Below, one piece after another: positions 44,395 through 54,270 of a stretch of 64,000 nucleotides of DNA; the stretch's first letter is position 1; each line of letters begins with the position of its first letter. The notes under the pieces were generated by a model. It made no database searches. It was not told the origin of the DNA and saw only the letters and a program-made list of their open reading frames with translations. The DNA is from an uncultured Candidatus Saccharibacteria bacterium (GTDB lineage Bacteria > Patescibacteriota > Minisyncoccia > Sungbacterales > JACQCQ01): NCBI GenBank assembly GCA_964494945.1, contig CAZBTX010000002.1, forward strand, positions 38,696 to 102,695, written 5' to 3'. The position numbers were made by a program, and so were the translations under genes.

Positions 44395-45537
44395 TCAAAA
44401 ACATCTGGCGATACCGGCACATGTTCTAGTAATCTCATAAATAACGCCGAGCATGAACATCGCGACCATCCCGTAAGCCGCTAACGCGGGAAAACGCCCG
44501 AGAACGCAGTGAACCGAAAGTGACTTCCACATACTGACAATCAAAACACCTTCGGTGCCTATCGTAAGAGCCCCTACGAAACTTATGACGCGAATAAAAT
44601 CAGAAATGCCCATAGCCACCAGGATAAACGGGAGAAACGAGGTAATGACCCAGGCCAAATTCTTTTTAACACCAAAATCTATATTAAGCAGTTCTTTGAA
44701 GGTAAGTCCGACGCCAATAAACGAAGTGATAATCGCCAAAAATCCGATGAGATTCCCTAAAATCGCCGCCGGCTCACCGAGTTTCTCCGCAATTCCCGAA
44801 ATCGCGTCCTGCGATACACCGCCGCCGCTGGAAGCCAATATGGCGGCGGTGAATAAGGAGTAAAGTACGGCTGGCGCCAGCGTCCCCCAGAGAATAACGG
44901 ACCTTAAATAACGGCCATCACTCGCCAATGTTTCTCGCACCCGAGGTATCACTGATGTTCCAGCTAGAGCGAAAAGAATTACACCGTAGGGTATCGCGGC
45001 GCGACTTACGTCAATTTTGGCGATAAACCCGAAGTTCCCAAAAAGAATCCCCAGAGTTATCAAGACGACCATGAAAAAAATCAGCATGGCGGAAAATACG
45101 CCGTTGATCTCGGTGGAGATCCAAGAATTGTAGAAAAAAACCGAAAGGCCGGTCACCAAAAATAAGATCACGGCCGCGTGATAGGTGAAATCGCCGAGCC
45201 AAGGCGCCATAAGCGCTCCAAGAAATTTTGTGCCCAGAATTACGTAAACCACCATAGCCCCCAAAAGTCCGGCGGATGATGATGCCGACGCGACCGCGCG
45301 CCATGATCTTCCCAAATAGTGCGAAACGTATCCCGGCAGTTGATGGAGCTCGGGGCGAGAAAGCACAATATCGCCATACATAAGATGAATGGCCAGTATC
45401 ACGCCGGTCAAAAATACAAGTTCTAAAACACCTAATAAAAATCCGGTTTGGGCGATAACGTAAGGTAACGCGAACATCCCCACCCCGATGATGGTACCAA
45501 CCAAGAGTGCCAGCGCTTGAAAGTAGCGGGCATTCAT
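44395..45537 (-). CDS. Aromatic amino acid permease (HAAAP/APC family)
   Basis: GTIIGVGMFALP motif and about 11 TM segments. Confidence 0.88.
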   Translation of the reverse strand: MNARYFQALALLVGTIIGVGMFALPYVIAQTGFLLGVLELVFLTGVILAIHLMYGDIVLSRPELHQLPGYVSHYLGRSWRAVASASSSAGLLGAMVVYVILGTKFLGALMAPWLGDFTYHAAVILFLVTGLSVFFYNSWISTEINGVFSAMLIFFMVVLITLGILFGNFGFIAKIDVSRAAIPYGVILFALAGTSVIPRVRETLASDGRYLRSVILWGTLAPAVLYSLFTAAILASSGGGVSQDAISGIAEKLGEPAAILGNLIGFLAIITSFIGVGLTFKELLNIDFGVKKNLAWVITSFLPFILVAMGISDFIRVISFVGALTIGTEGVLIVSMWKSLSVHCVLGRFPALAAYGMVAMFMLGVIYEITRTCAGIARCF

Positions 45538-45542
45538 ACGAT

Positions 45543-46121
45543 TTATACCGAGGCAACTTTCTCTTTTTTAACCAGCTCTATCACTTTTTCCACCAACTTC
45601 TTAGGGTCGGCATCATAAATGATCTTCCCCGGCCCGCGATGGGATTTAGCCACAATTTCGTCAATTTCGTCAGCCGTGCCGCCGGTATCCGTTAATACGC
45701 CGATGGGTTTGTTGTCTTCAAAAGCATCCGTGAATTCATTTAAGGTTCCGATTCTGCCACAGGAAAAAATCACGGCGTCAGCCGAGCGCGTCAGCAGTAA
45801 ATTTCTGCCAGAGTAGCCAAATCCCGTGTAAACTATCAAATCGTGATAATCCAAGGGGAGTTTATACTCTTCCACATGTTCTCTTTCGGTGGCGGCCGGC
45901 GAGATGCCAATGATAAATCCTCCGGCTTCTTTGGCGCCAATAGCTGCCCAATATGGTGCCCCGGTGGTAGCGCCCGTTACCAAAACCGCGTTGCTTAGAG
46001 CGATCTGACGACCAAGTTCCTTGGTCATGGGAAGGGCATTGGGCGCGCAGTGGCCGGTCTCGGCCGCGCCCGAGACCGCGATTTTCAATTTCAAATGCAT
46101 GTGGGCTTCTTTGCCATTCAT
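45543..46121 (-). CDS. LOG/SLOG-family nucleotide-binding protein
   Basis: TGATTG, GRN and GRIGTLNE motifs. Confidence 0.85.
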   Translation of the reverse strand: MNGKEAHMHLKLKIAVSGAAETGHCAPNALPMTKELGRQIALSNAVLVTGATTGAPYWAAIGAKEAGGFIIGISPAATEREHVEEYKLPLDYHDLIVYTGFGYSGRNLLLTRSADAVIFSCGRIGTLNEFTDAFEDNKPIGVLTDTGGTADEIDEIVAKSHRGPGKIIYDADPKKLVEKVIELVKKEKVASV

Positions 46122-46151
46122 ATGGTTTATTCTATCATGCTAAATTCCTAC

Positions 46152-47510
46152 CTAAATTAATTCCACGCGCTGACCTAGGGTCGGCGCGTCAGCCGGAATG
46201 CCAAGTTTATCCCGCACTTCCTGCACCAGCGCCAAAGACGCCTCTTCTTCTCCTTGCACGGCGTAAACGTGCGCCAGCGAGTCCTTCAAGTGCGCCACAA
46301 AATTGAACAGCCGGTCTTTGTCGGCGTGCGCCGAGTAGCCATGAGCTGTCAAGACTTCGGCTCGTACCGGAATTTCTTCACCGAAAATTTTAACCGAGTC
46401 AGCGCCGTCCAAAATTCGGCGTCCCAAAGATCCCTTGGCTTGATAGCCCGTGATTAAAAGCATGGAATTCTCATCCGCAAGATATCTTCGCAAATGATGC
46501 AAAATTCTGCCGCCCGTCATCATGCCGGAACCCGCGATGATCACTTTGGGCGACGGCACGTCGTTAATGGCTTTTGATTCTTCCACGCTCGGCGTATTTT
46601 TTAAGCCCTTGGAAGCGAATAGATGAGGGTGCTCTTCATGGAGTGTTTGAATTTTCTCGTTGTAGTAGGGCCAGTATTTTTCAAAGACCTCCGTGATCTT
46701 TATCGCCAAGGGCGAATCCACAAAAACCGGCATATCCGGAACACGTTTTTGGACCACTTTCTCGTTCAATTCAAAGATCACGTCCTGGGTGCGCTCGGTG
46801 GCAAAGGCCGGTATCATCAAAACGCCTTTTCTGGCGGCTGTATCCTCCATCACCCGCTCTAGGATCAATTTATCATCGCTTGACCCAATGTGGGCCTTAT
46901 CCCCGTAGACCGATTCAATCACGAGATAATCTATTTCGTTAACGACATCAGCTGGCGGGAGAAGCAATGATGTCTCGTTGCCTAAATCCCCCGTAAAAAG
47001 AACTTTCTTGCCCTGAACTTTAACTTCCACCATGGAAGACCCTAGAATATGTCCGGCCCGAAGCAGTGAGATCGTCATGTCTCCCACAGCCATCGCTTCG
47101 TGATATTCCAGCGTTTCCCATTGGGTCATGGCTTGGTCAATGTCGGGGATGTCGTACGTAATTTCTTCCTGACAATCCTTGGCTTCTTTCTCCATGATGC
47201 CATACCCATCTCTGATAATAAGCTCCGCCAAGTCCCTGGTCGGCGGCGTGGAATAGATCGGCCCGCGGAATCCTTCTTTTACGAGCTTGGGGATCCTACC
47301 GATGTGGTCCAGATGCGCGTGAGTGATAAAAAGAGCGTCAATTTCTTTAGGATTGAAACCAAAGGGTTTTGAATTGTGTGTTTCGCAAAAACGTCCGCCT
47401 TGAATTAATCCGCAATCCACCAATATTTTGGCGTTATCCGTTTCCAGCAAATAACAAGCGCCCGTAACCTCGCGGGCTCCGCCGTGAAACGAAAGAGTTA
47501 ATTTATTCAT
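46152..47510 (-). CDS. MBL-fold beta-CASP hydrolase (RNA-processing type)
   Basis: THAHLDH, AGHILGS, GSGMMTGGRILHH and SAHAD motifs. Confidence 0.93.
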   Translation of the reverse strand: MNKLTLSFHGGAREVTGACYLLETDNAKILVDCGLIQGGRFCETHNSKPFGFNPKEIDALFITHAHLDHIGRIPKLVKEGFRGPIYSTPPTRDLAELIIRDGYGIMEKEAKDCQEEITYDIPDIDQAMTQWETLEYHEAMAVGDMTISLLRAGHILGSSMVEVKVQGKKVLFTGDLGNETSLLLPPADVVNEIDYLVIESVYGDKAHIGSSDDKLILERVMEDTAARKGVLMIPAFATERTQDVIFELNEKVVQKRVPDMPVFVDSPLAIKITEVFEKYWPYYNEKIQTLHEEHPHLFASKGLKNTPSVEESKAINDVPSPKVIIAGSGMMTGGRILHHLRRYLADENSMLLITGYQAKGSLGRRILDGADSVKIFGEEIPVRAEVLTAHGYSAHADKDRLFNFVAHLKDSLAHVYAVQGEEEASLALVQEVRDKLGIPADAPTLGQRVELI

Positions 47511-47614
47511 CGTCGTTGACATTCTAAACCGAGCTGACCCAAATGCCAATCTCATGCGGCGTTTTACAAAACTCGATTCCGGTGGTAAAAAAGATGTAAT
47601 TCCAGCTTAAGGGG

Positions 47615-48112
47615 GTGAGAGAAGTGGCGACCATCGGACTTCTGCACGGCCACGACAGAAGCAGAAAAGGCACGCTGAACCGGCAAACCATCCAGCGCTG
47701 TAAAAAAGCTGTCGAGCTCTACAAGAAAGGAGCGATTGGCAAAATCGCCATCACCATCAGATCACGCAACCCCCTCGCGAACCTCGCCTGGGAAATGCGG
47801 CACTTTCTCATCACCAGCGGCATTCCGGAAAGCGACATCATCGTTCGCGCGGAGGGCGATGATACCGTAGGCGAAGTCCTGGCGTGTATGCTTTGCGTCA
47901 GTGAACGCGACGGCGTGGTATCAATCTCCAGCTGGTACCACATCCCGCGAGTTTGGTTCATTTGGAAGATGATATGCGGCAGACGAGTCAATCTCGCGCC
48001 GTCACGAGGCGGGGATTGGCTGGATGTCTCGCTTGAGATTCTCGCGTTCCCGGTATCATTTTTGCGGTTCCGGAAAAAGTCCAGAAGTCAGGCCCACCCC
48101 GCCCCGAGATGA
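47615..48112 (+). CDS. YdcF/DUF218-like protein
   Basis: RCKKAVELY, M..FL...GIPESDI, DT and SSWYHIPR motifs. Confidence 0.75.
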   Translation: MREVATIGLLHGHDRSRKGTLNRQTIQRCKKAVELYKKGAIGKIAITIRSRNPLANLAWEMRHFLITSGIPESDIIVRAEGDDTVGEVLACMLCVSERDGVVSISSWYHIPRVWFIWKMICGRRVNLAPSRGGDWLDVSLEILAFPVSFLRFRKKSRSQAHPAPR

Positions 48113-48135
48113 ACTCTCGGGGCGAATTCTTTCTA

Positions 48136-48167
48136 TGCGTCCCCACAGGGACTCGAACCTTGGGGAA
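48136..48167 (-). pseudogene. tRNA 3' fragment (T arm plus acceptor strand), different from the adjacent tRNA
   Basis: TCCCCAAGGTTCGAGTCCCTGTGGGGACGCA. Confidence 0.65.
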
Positions 48168-48173
48168 TAATGA

Positions 48174-48245
48174 CGCCCTCGACAGGAATCGAACCTGTAC
48201 CGCGCCCTTCGGAGGGGCGCATTGTGTCCATTCAACTACGAGGGC
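48174..48245 (-). tRNA. tRNA-Arg(CCG)
   Basis: GCCCTCG acceptor, CGCCC-CTCCGAA-GGGCG anticodon arm and ACAGG-TTCGATT-CCTGT T arm. No encoded CCA. Confidence 0.93.
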
Positions 48246-48406
48246 AATGTTAGACCGCGCTCGTTCCGCTCCCCTAAGACGGAAGTTCCGCTTACGCGGA
48301 AACTCTCGCGTCTCGCCGGCGAAACCCAGGGAAAATCACGTTTCGATAAATCTACACTTTTCCGATTATAAAAACAAAACCCATACGACACCGAGGTGTT
48401 ATATGG

Positions 48407-48525
48407 GTGAGGAGCGCGTTGCCGCTCTCCTAGCTTCTGCCAGCCGCTGGATTGAGGCCATTCCCTCCGACGTCTCGGAAAGGACGCCCGGCTGGGTGGA
48501 GAAACGGAACATCCGCACTCCTCAC
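48407..48525 (-). ncRNA. Candidate rod-shaped RNA followed by a terminator
   Basis: Four stacked helices: gtgaggagtgcg/cgcgctcctcac, cgtttctcc/ggagagcg, ccagccg/cggctgg and ctttccga/tcggaggg. Confidence 0.4.
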
Positions 48526-48618
48526 GCTTGGCGCGCGCCTTCTTATGAAGTTGTCAGGTGTGCATTCTCTACGGAGGTTTCTTCGTCTTCATCGGGTCTC
48601 CCGACGAGTACGTCTCGG

Positions 48619-48825
48619 CTAGTGGGTGTCCTTCTCGAACTCCCCGCTTCTCCGGAGCGTCTCCCGCACATCTTGTGGCAAGACGCTCACGACACCTCCC
48701 GGACCCGTCACCGAACGACGGCTTCTCTCCAGCTGCGCGATACGAAGACTTCGCGCTGCCTGCTCGGGTGTTTCCTTGCGTCGCGGGGTATGTCCGGGGT
48801 CCTCTTCAACAGCCGAGCTCACCAT
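48619..48825 (-). CDS. Small hypothetical protein
   Basis: SD aggagg before ATG. Confidence 0.45.
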   Translation of the reverse strand: MVSSAVEEDPGHTPRRKETPEQAARSLRIAQLERSRRSVTGPGGVVSVLPQDVRETLRRSGEFEKDTH

Positions 48826-48982
48826 GAGTGAATCCTCCTGAAAGAAAGATGCGGCGTTTTCGCCGTTACTGCGTTTTTACAAAGTGCTCCTCCTTTCTCC
48901 CATAAAGGCCTGGGGGTATTAAACAAATAATACGCCATATCCGGCGTATGCGTCAACAAAGGTAAATTCCCAACTTGCCCAA

Positions 48983-49480
48983 CTAGGTATGTCTATCCGC
49001 CACTGAAGAAGCCGCATAAGCGCCAGGTTTTGTAACGGCTGTGAAATTAAAACCTCTTACCATACCCACCACTTCATCCACAAAATTTCTGGTAAGCCCT
49101 TTATCGCCCACGTCAATATGTATCTGGTCCTGCCAGAAAATATCCTCGCCCAAAGTATCGCGAAGCCGCCCGCGAGTTTCTTGCGCCAGGGTGATGGAAG
49201 ACATGGTTTCGGCGTAAATCCGGTCCCGCACCTGGCGATAAATCGCGGGGCGTCCTCTAACATAAAAATAACGGCCGCCGTTCCCCACTCTACGAACAGT
49301 TAGAGCCGTTACGATGGAAACGGGCTTGTCGTAAGTGCCGGCCGAATCCGAGCCAATAATTATCTCATACTTATGCTCCGGCTTTTCGGCGATGTAGCCG
49401 GCAATTTCTGCCATAACCTCGGCCAAACTCAAAAAGCGCATAGTGCTTATCGATTGAAATATCTTTTCCGTGTCTGACAT
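48983..49480 (-). CDS. RNase H-like YkuK (DUF458) family protein
   Basis: IIGSDS, RIYAE, IHIDVG and ASSVADR motifs. Confidence 0.88.
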   Translation of the reverse strand: MSDTEKIFQSISTMRFLSLAEVMAEIAGYIAEKPEHKYEIIIGSDSAGTYDKPVSIVTALTVRRVGNGGRYFYVRGRPAIYRQVRDRIYAETMSSITLAQETRGRLRDTLGEDIFWQDQIHIDVGDKGLTRNFVDEVVGMVRGFNFTAVTKPGAYAASSVADRHT

Positions 49481-49501
49481 ATTAGTTCGTCTAAAATCCC
49501 T

Positions 49502-50086
49502 TTAAAAAAGGGTCGGCTCCCGGACTTCTTTTTCGGACATACGCTTCCAACTAACTGGTATAATTCTCGCGTTACTCCCTATCCTCGACTCCAGCTTTAT
49601 GTGCCCGTTGGAAACACCGAACTCAAATAGGTCTTTAGTGATTTTTACGTCGTCCAGGCAGTACTGGCGCAGTTTTTCAAGATTCCCCTCTTTATACCAG
49701 CGAACGGCTTCCAGTCCGTGCCCGGATTTTGACACGCCCAAGGTTGCTTTGGCAAGGTCAATTAATTTGGGGCGAAATCCCAGAACTCTCGTTGCTTCTT
49801 CCATTAGGTCAAGGGTATTTAGATTTCTTAGATTAAGATTTTTTAGATGCGGCTGTAAAACCCGATAATCAAAGTGTTTAATGTTAAATCCTATGACACG
49901 TTTGGCTTGGGAAAGCAGTATCTCAAATTTTTCTACTTCATGTTCATTAAAAGAGCTGTAAGTCATGTCACCATACGAATAAGCGCCTATCAATGAAATC
50001 CCCAAATTGGCAAAATCGGTTCTCCCGCCGACTTCGTGAAAGGCCTTCTGGGTTTCTACGTCAAAAACGATCTCGCCCCCAAGCAT
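49502..50086 (-). CDS. RNase H-like/DEDD exonuclease domain protein
   Basis: VFDVET, IGFNIKHFD and YCLDDV motifs. Confidence 0.85.
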   Translation of the reverse strand: MLGGEIVFDVETQKAFHEVGGRTDFANLGISLIGAYSYGDMTYSSFNEHEVEKFEILLSQAKRVIGFNIKHFDYRVLQPHLKNLNLRNLNTLDLMEEATRVLGFRPKLIDLAKATLGVSKSGHGLEAVRWYKEGNLEKLRQYCLDDVKITKDLFEFGVSNGHIKLESRIGSNARIIPVSWKRMSEKEVREPTLF

Positions 50087-50089
50087 AAA

Positions 50090-50581
50090 TTATTCCGGCG
50101 TTTTAATTTTCACTTTATCTCCAGTCAATATTTTATGCCTCTCCACAAATCCCGCTGGCACTTCCAGTACTTGGTCTACGGCAATCGGTGAAGAATAACG
50201 GAGAAGGGCCGCGTCAACGGAAGCAGCCAGTGGCGGTAATGCGTTGGTCTCGGTGCCAATCACAACACCGTCCCGGATCCAAATAATATCAATGGGAATT
50301 AACATACCTCTCATCCAAAAAACCTGCGGCTCGGGCTTTTCAGTCCTAAAAAGCATGCCTTCGTATTCGCCCAGGAACGTCCTACCCGCAAGACCCTTCT
50401 CGCGTTCACCTAGCGATTCAGCGAGAGTCGCTGATATTTTAGACCCCCCTATTTCTACAACAACTTCTTTACTTACCGAATTATTGCTAACAACCTGAAA
50501 TGTTAAAATCGCAACCCCCACCAAAATAAAAATTGTGAGTCCTGAAACTAGCCATAAAAATCCCCGAAAGTTTAAATTCAT
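50090..50581 (-). CDS. DUF192 domain protein
   Basis: GL, GMLF, FWMRGMLIPIDIIW and VLEVPAG motifs. Confidence 0.9.
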   Translation of the reverse strand: MNLNFRGFLWLVSGLTIFILVGVAILTFQVVSNNSVSKEVVVEIGGSKISATLAESLGEREKGLAGRTFLGEYEGMLFRTEKPEPQVFWMRGMLIPIDIIWIRDGVVIGTETNALPPLAASVDAALLRYSSPIAVDQVLEVPAGFVERHKILTGDKVKIKTPE

Positions 50582-50585
50582 GAAA

Positions 50586-51248
50586 TTATGAACCAGTTTG
50601 ATACAACCAGTCAGCCAAAATTTTTAGATATTCGGGTTTCCGTTCTAGCATGGTTGTTCCATGCCCCGCGTCATGCAGTATTTCCATTTTTTTATCGCTG
50701 GTTGCGACCTCAAAAAGTTCTTTAGTGGAAGCGGCTGAATATTCATCATCCTCTGACGCCATAAAAAACACCTGCTGGCCTGTATGCAACTTGACCGCGG
50801 CATCTTTGGTTAATACCCCGCGATAATCAAGCCCCGGAGACAAAATTATCAATGAACGAATTTCCGGGTGAGCCGCCGCGTACACCAAAGCTAGGTTAGC
50901 GCCGATGGAAGCTCCCGCGATGGAAATTTCTTTCATCTTCTTTTCATTTTTTAAGAACTGCGACGCCGCCTCCACGTCTTGAATACTGGCTTGGTGGTCC
51001 TCGTCTTTGAAATTCTGATAATCCAACAAAGTGCCGTTGGGACCGGTTGTAGATTCTCCATGCCCCCTTAGATCAACGGCGAGCACTGAAAGCCCGTCCG
51101 CCACCAGAGCATTGGCAAATGCCGTCCAGGAAGCCCGAGTGGCGGGCATCATATGTAAAAGCAAAACGGCCCTGTCTCTGCCGCCTTCGTAATAGTCGCC
51201 GATGATACTGACCCAGTCTTCAGTTATAATGCCTACGCGTTCGTTCAT
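50586..51248 (-). CDS. Alpha/beta hydrolase
   Basis: DLRGHG and GASIG motifs, C-terminal GHG. Confidence 0.9.
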   Translation of the reverse strand: MNERVGIITEDWVSIIGDYYEGGRDRAVLLLHMMPATRASWTAFANALVADGLSVLAVDLRGHGESTTGPNGTLLDYQNFKDEDHQASIQDVEAASQFLKNEKKMKEISIAGASIGANLALVYAAAHPEIRSLIILSPGLDYRGVLTKDAAVKLHTGQQVFFMASEDDEYSAASTKELFEVATSDKKMEILHDAGHGTTMLERKPEYLKILADWLYQTGS

Positions 51249-51267
51249 AAGTAGAAGATATTATAAC

Positions 51268-51388
51268 TTCAAAAGCTCAAAGCTCAAAGCTCAAAACAAT
51301 CCATAAGCATAAAAATGTAAATTCTAAACGTTTATAATTTTGAATTTAGAATTTGTTTTGGATTTTGAAGTTTGAATTTTGGATTTTC
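51268..51388. repeat. Inverted heptamer-like arrays
   Basis: tcaaaagctcaaagctcaaagctcaaaa...ttttgaatttagaattt..ttttggattttgaagtttgaattttggatttt. Confidence 0.75.
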
Positions 51389-52591
51389 TCAATAGGCGTT
51401 TTTTGCGTAAAAATCTGCGCGAAATTCGTTAAAATCTCCGTTTTTTATCGCTTCCCGGCACCGCGCCACCAGCTGGTTCATGAAATAAAGATTATGGATA
51501 GTTGCGAGACGCTTGGCTAATAACTCGCCTGTACGAAACAAGTGATGTAAATAACTCCGCGTGAAATTGACGCAGGTCATGCACTTGCATTCCTCTCCAA
51601 TTGGCGATAAGTCCATCCGATATTCAGCGTTTTTTATGTGCAACTTGCCGGTGTCGGTGTAAAGCGTCCCGTTCCTGGCTTCTCGTGTTGGTACCACGCA
51701 ATCAAACAAATCCACACCCTCCCCTATAACATCCATAATTTCTTTTGGAGAGCCCATACCTAAAAGATGCCGCGGTTTTTCTTCCGGCAATGTGGAAGTC
51801 ATCCAGCCCACGACTTTTTTGATATCTTCCTTGGTGATACCTACTGGACCACCTAGACCAAACCCGTCAAAAGACATAGCGCCAATTTCCTTGACGCTTT
51901 TTTCTCTCAAATCCTGCCACACGCCACCCTGAATTACACCGAACATTGCCTGGTCGCTCCGGCTCTTAGCATCAATGCAACGCTTGGCCCAGCGTGTTGT
52001 TCTATCCACTGCGGCTTTGGTGTATTCATACGAAGACAGGGGCGAAGTGCATTCATCAAACGTAAAGAACATATCCGCCCCCAGCATCTCCTGGATACCC
52101 ACCGAAATTTCGGGAGAAAGTTCGAGGGTATTCCCCTCTCGCGGCGATTGGAATATGACTTTTTCTTCCGTGATTTTTATTTTTCTCGGCGCTTCAAGCT
52201 CGGTTTTTGTCAGATCGGCGGGCACATCTCCACCCGGAAAGAACGGGACATTTTTGCCGATACCATGGTCTGACCCGAATCCCATGGAAAATACTTGAAA
52301 TCCTCCGGAATCCGTCATGGTCGGGCCGTCCCAATTCATGAATTTCGCAAGTCCTCCGGCCTTGGCAATAACCTCATGCCGCCCATCCAGATATAAATGA
52401 TAAGTATTGGCGAGTATCACTTGTGACCCCGCATCATGTATTTCATCCGGCGTTAAAGTGCGCACAGATGCCAAAGTCCCCACGGTCACGAATGACGGCG
52501 TCTTAATAACGCCGTGCGGCGTTTCTATACGGCCGGCGCGCGCCCGACTTTTGGTGTCTATAGCTTCAATTGAGAAACTAATCGCGCTCAT
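51389..52591 (-). CDS. tgt: tRNA-guanine transglycosylase
   Basis: LANTYHL, TDSGGFQVFS, QGG, DCVVPTR and CxCxxC motifs. Confidence 0.97.
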   Translation of the reverse strand: MSAISFSIEAIDTKSRARAGRIETPHGVIKTPSFVTVGTLASVRTLTPDEIHDAGSQVILANTYHLYLDGRHEVIAKAGGLAKFMNWDGPTMTDSGGFQVFSMGFGSDHGIGKNVPFFPGGDVPADLTKTELEAPRKIKITEEKVIFQSPREGNTLELSPEISVGIQEMLGADMFFTFDECTSPLSSYEYTKAAVDRTTRWAKRCIDAKSRSDQAMFGVIQGGVWQDLREKSVKEIGAMSFDGFGLGGPVGITKEDIKKVVGWMTSTLPEEKPRHLLGMGSPKEIMDVIGEGVDLFDCVVPTREARNGTLYTDTGKLHIKNAEYRMDLSPIGEECKCMTCVNFTRSYLHHLFRTGELLAKRLATIHNLYFMNQLVARCREAIKNGDFNEFRADFYAKNAY

Positions 52592-52711
52592 CACACCTTG
52601 TTAATACTATGAACCCCTCGCGAAGAGAAGCGGCAACACGCCTTTACGCCGTCTACATTCCTGATACATTAAAACCACGCGCCCTACGATCAAACCATAA
52701 AGGAGACACCC

Positions 52712-53203
52712 ATGCCGGCAGCCAGATTACCGAGGGGTCCCAAAAGGCCTGTAGCAAAACCTACGCCAACGCCACGTCAGGATACCCTACGCATTCACAG
52801 TAGCATCATCGCGCGTCGCTTCGTACTCGCCAATATCCGAGGCGAGCAGGTCTTGGTACCCAGAAAAAGGGCGGAGCGGGAAGGACTTTCTTTTGTTCCT
52901 TTCCCGCAATCGTCACCGCCCAAACCATTGAGACTGCCGAGGTTGCCTAAGCGCCTCAAGGCGCCCGGGCCGCGAAATATTCCCAACCCGCCACCTTCTC
53001 GAATTCCACTAGCGGGTTTTGGGCTGATTGAGGTCCGCGGCAGAACCCGGATAACTAAGCTTCGCGCTAGAATATCCCAAACGGAGCCGGCGCCTTTGCC
53101 CACCTCGCGCGTCGTCTCGCCGCACCTTGCTCTCATCACGAGGGGGGGGACATACCCGCATCGTAAAATGCCGCCAGACGTAAAGAGAGCGGCCGTCAGC
53201 TGA
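52712..53203 (+). CDS. Pro/Arg-rich hypothetical protein
   Basis: SD aaggag. Ends inside the hairpin agagagcggccgtcagctgacggccgctct. Confidence 0.55.
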   Translation: MPAARLPRGPKRPVAKPTPTPRQDTLRIHSSIIARRFVLANIRGEQVLVPRKRAEREGLSFVPFPQSSPPKPLRLPRLPKRLKAPGPRNIPNPPPSRIPLAGFGLIEVRGRTRITKLRARISQTEPAPLPTSRVVSPHLALITRGGTYPHRKMPPDVKRAAVS

Positions 53204-53216
53204 CGGCCGCTCTTCT

Positions 53217-53999
53217 CTAATCAATTTCGTACGTAACGCTAACGTAAGACCTCACTTCATTCTGCCCCACTTGAATATCCGGCAACGGACCGCCGCCTCC
53301 ACCCTTACCAAAAGCTTCAGCACCGTAAATAATCGGCGGCTGACTCCCGCCGGATTCGGAATAATTCGTGATGCGCGCCAGTTTCACTCCCAGTTCTGAA
53401 GCCAGTTTTTCTGCTTTGGTTTTAGCATCAGCAATTGCTTGATTTCGAGCATCCTCTTGCGGTTTCTTGGGATCATCTACAGTGAACTGAAGTCCGGAAA
53501 CCTCATTGGCTCCGTTGGTAACAGCTCCGTTCAATATCGCCCCGACTTTAGCGAGGTCCCTGATCTTCAATTGAATGTCTTGTCGCACCGTATATCCCAA
53601 GAATTGCTGGCCGTTCTGCGAATAGTTGTATCTGGGATAAATGGAATAATTCACGGTCTTTATATCTTCATCTTTTACGCCCTGCGATTGGGCGTAATTT
53701 ATGACGGCATTGGCCGTTTTAGAATTCTTATCCTGCGTTTCCGCCAAGTTCGTGGACCCCGCCTCCGAAGAAACCGTAACTTGCACCGTCGCCACATCGG
53801 CCTTGATATAGGTCCTGCCCTCGCCAGCAACGGTAATGGAGCGAGTCAAATTCGGATTGGAGCCGATGAATTTATAGGCCTTAAATTGGCCCGCCGCCCA
53901 AATCGCGGCTGCCAGTGCTAAAACAATAAAGAAAAGCGACTTAGCGCCCGATTTTTGCCACCTCATACCCATTGGCGTTTGTGTGTCCATTTCATTCAT
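53217..53999 (-). CDS. SIMPL (DUF541) domain protein
   Basis: ITVAGEG, DIKT, GAN and AIADAKTKA motifs. Confidence 0.92.
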   Translation of the reverse strand: MNEMDTQTPMGMRWQKSGAKSLFFIVLALAAAIWAAGQFKAYKFIGSNPNLTRSITVAGEGRTYIKADVATVQVTVSSEAGSTNLAETQDKNSKTANAVINYAQSQGVKDEDIKTVNYSIYPRYNYSQNGQQFLGYTVRQDIQLKIRDLAKVGAILNGAVTNGANEVSGLQFTVDDPKKPQEDARNQAIADAKTKAEKLASELGVKLARITNYSESGGSQPPIIYGAEAFGKGGGGGPLPDIQVGQNEVRSYVSVTYEID

Positions 54000-54048
54000 A
54001 AAATTTATAAGTTAATTAAAATTTATTAAGCGCCTTAAAATTATAACC

Positions 54049-54270
54049 TCAATGCCCCAAAATTTCCACTAGCTTAACGCGGCCGGTAGTGCCGCATAAA
54101 ATTCTCACATTTGATTTCGCCGCGCCGAAATATTTGGCCATAAGCGCAATAACTTCTTGGTTAGCCCGATTTTCTACGGGAGCGGCCAGAACCCGCACGC
54201 GATAACTATCTCCAATTTTTTCAACGCTGGGGCGCTTAGCCCTTGTGATCACACGGACACTAATTTTCAT
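54049..54270 (-). CDS. DUF167/YggU family protein
   Basis: V.AAPVENRAN...YFG..KS.V.I..G.T.R.K. Confidence 0.85.
   Translation of the reverse strand: MKISVRVITRAKRPSVEKIGDSYRVRVLAAPVENRANQEVIALMAKYFGAAKSNVRILCGTTGRVKLVEILGH

Noticed and set aside
48109-48831. 240-aa + strand ORF
   Set aside because: It is antisense to tRNA-Arg, the structured RNA and an SD-led ORF, so it is probably spurious.
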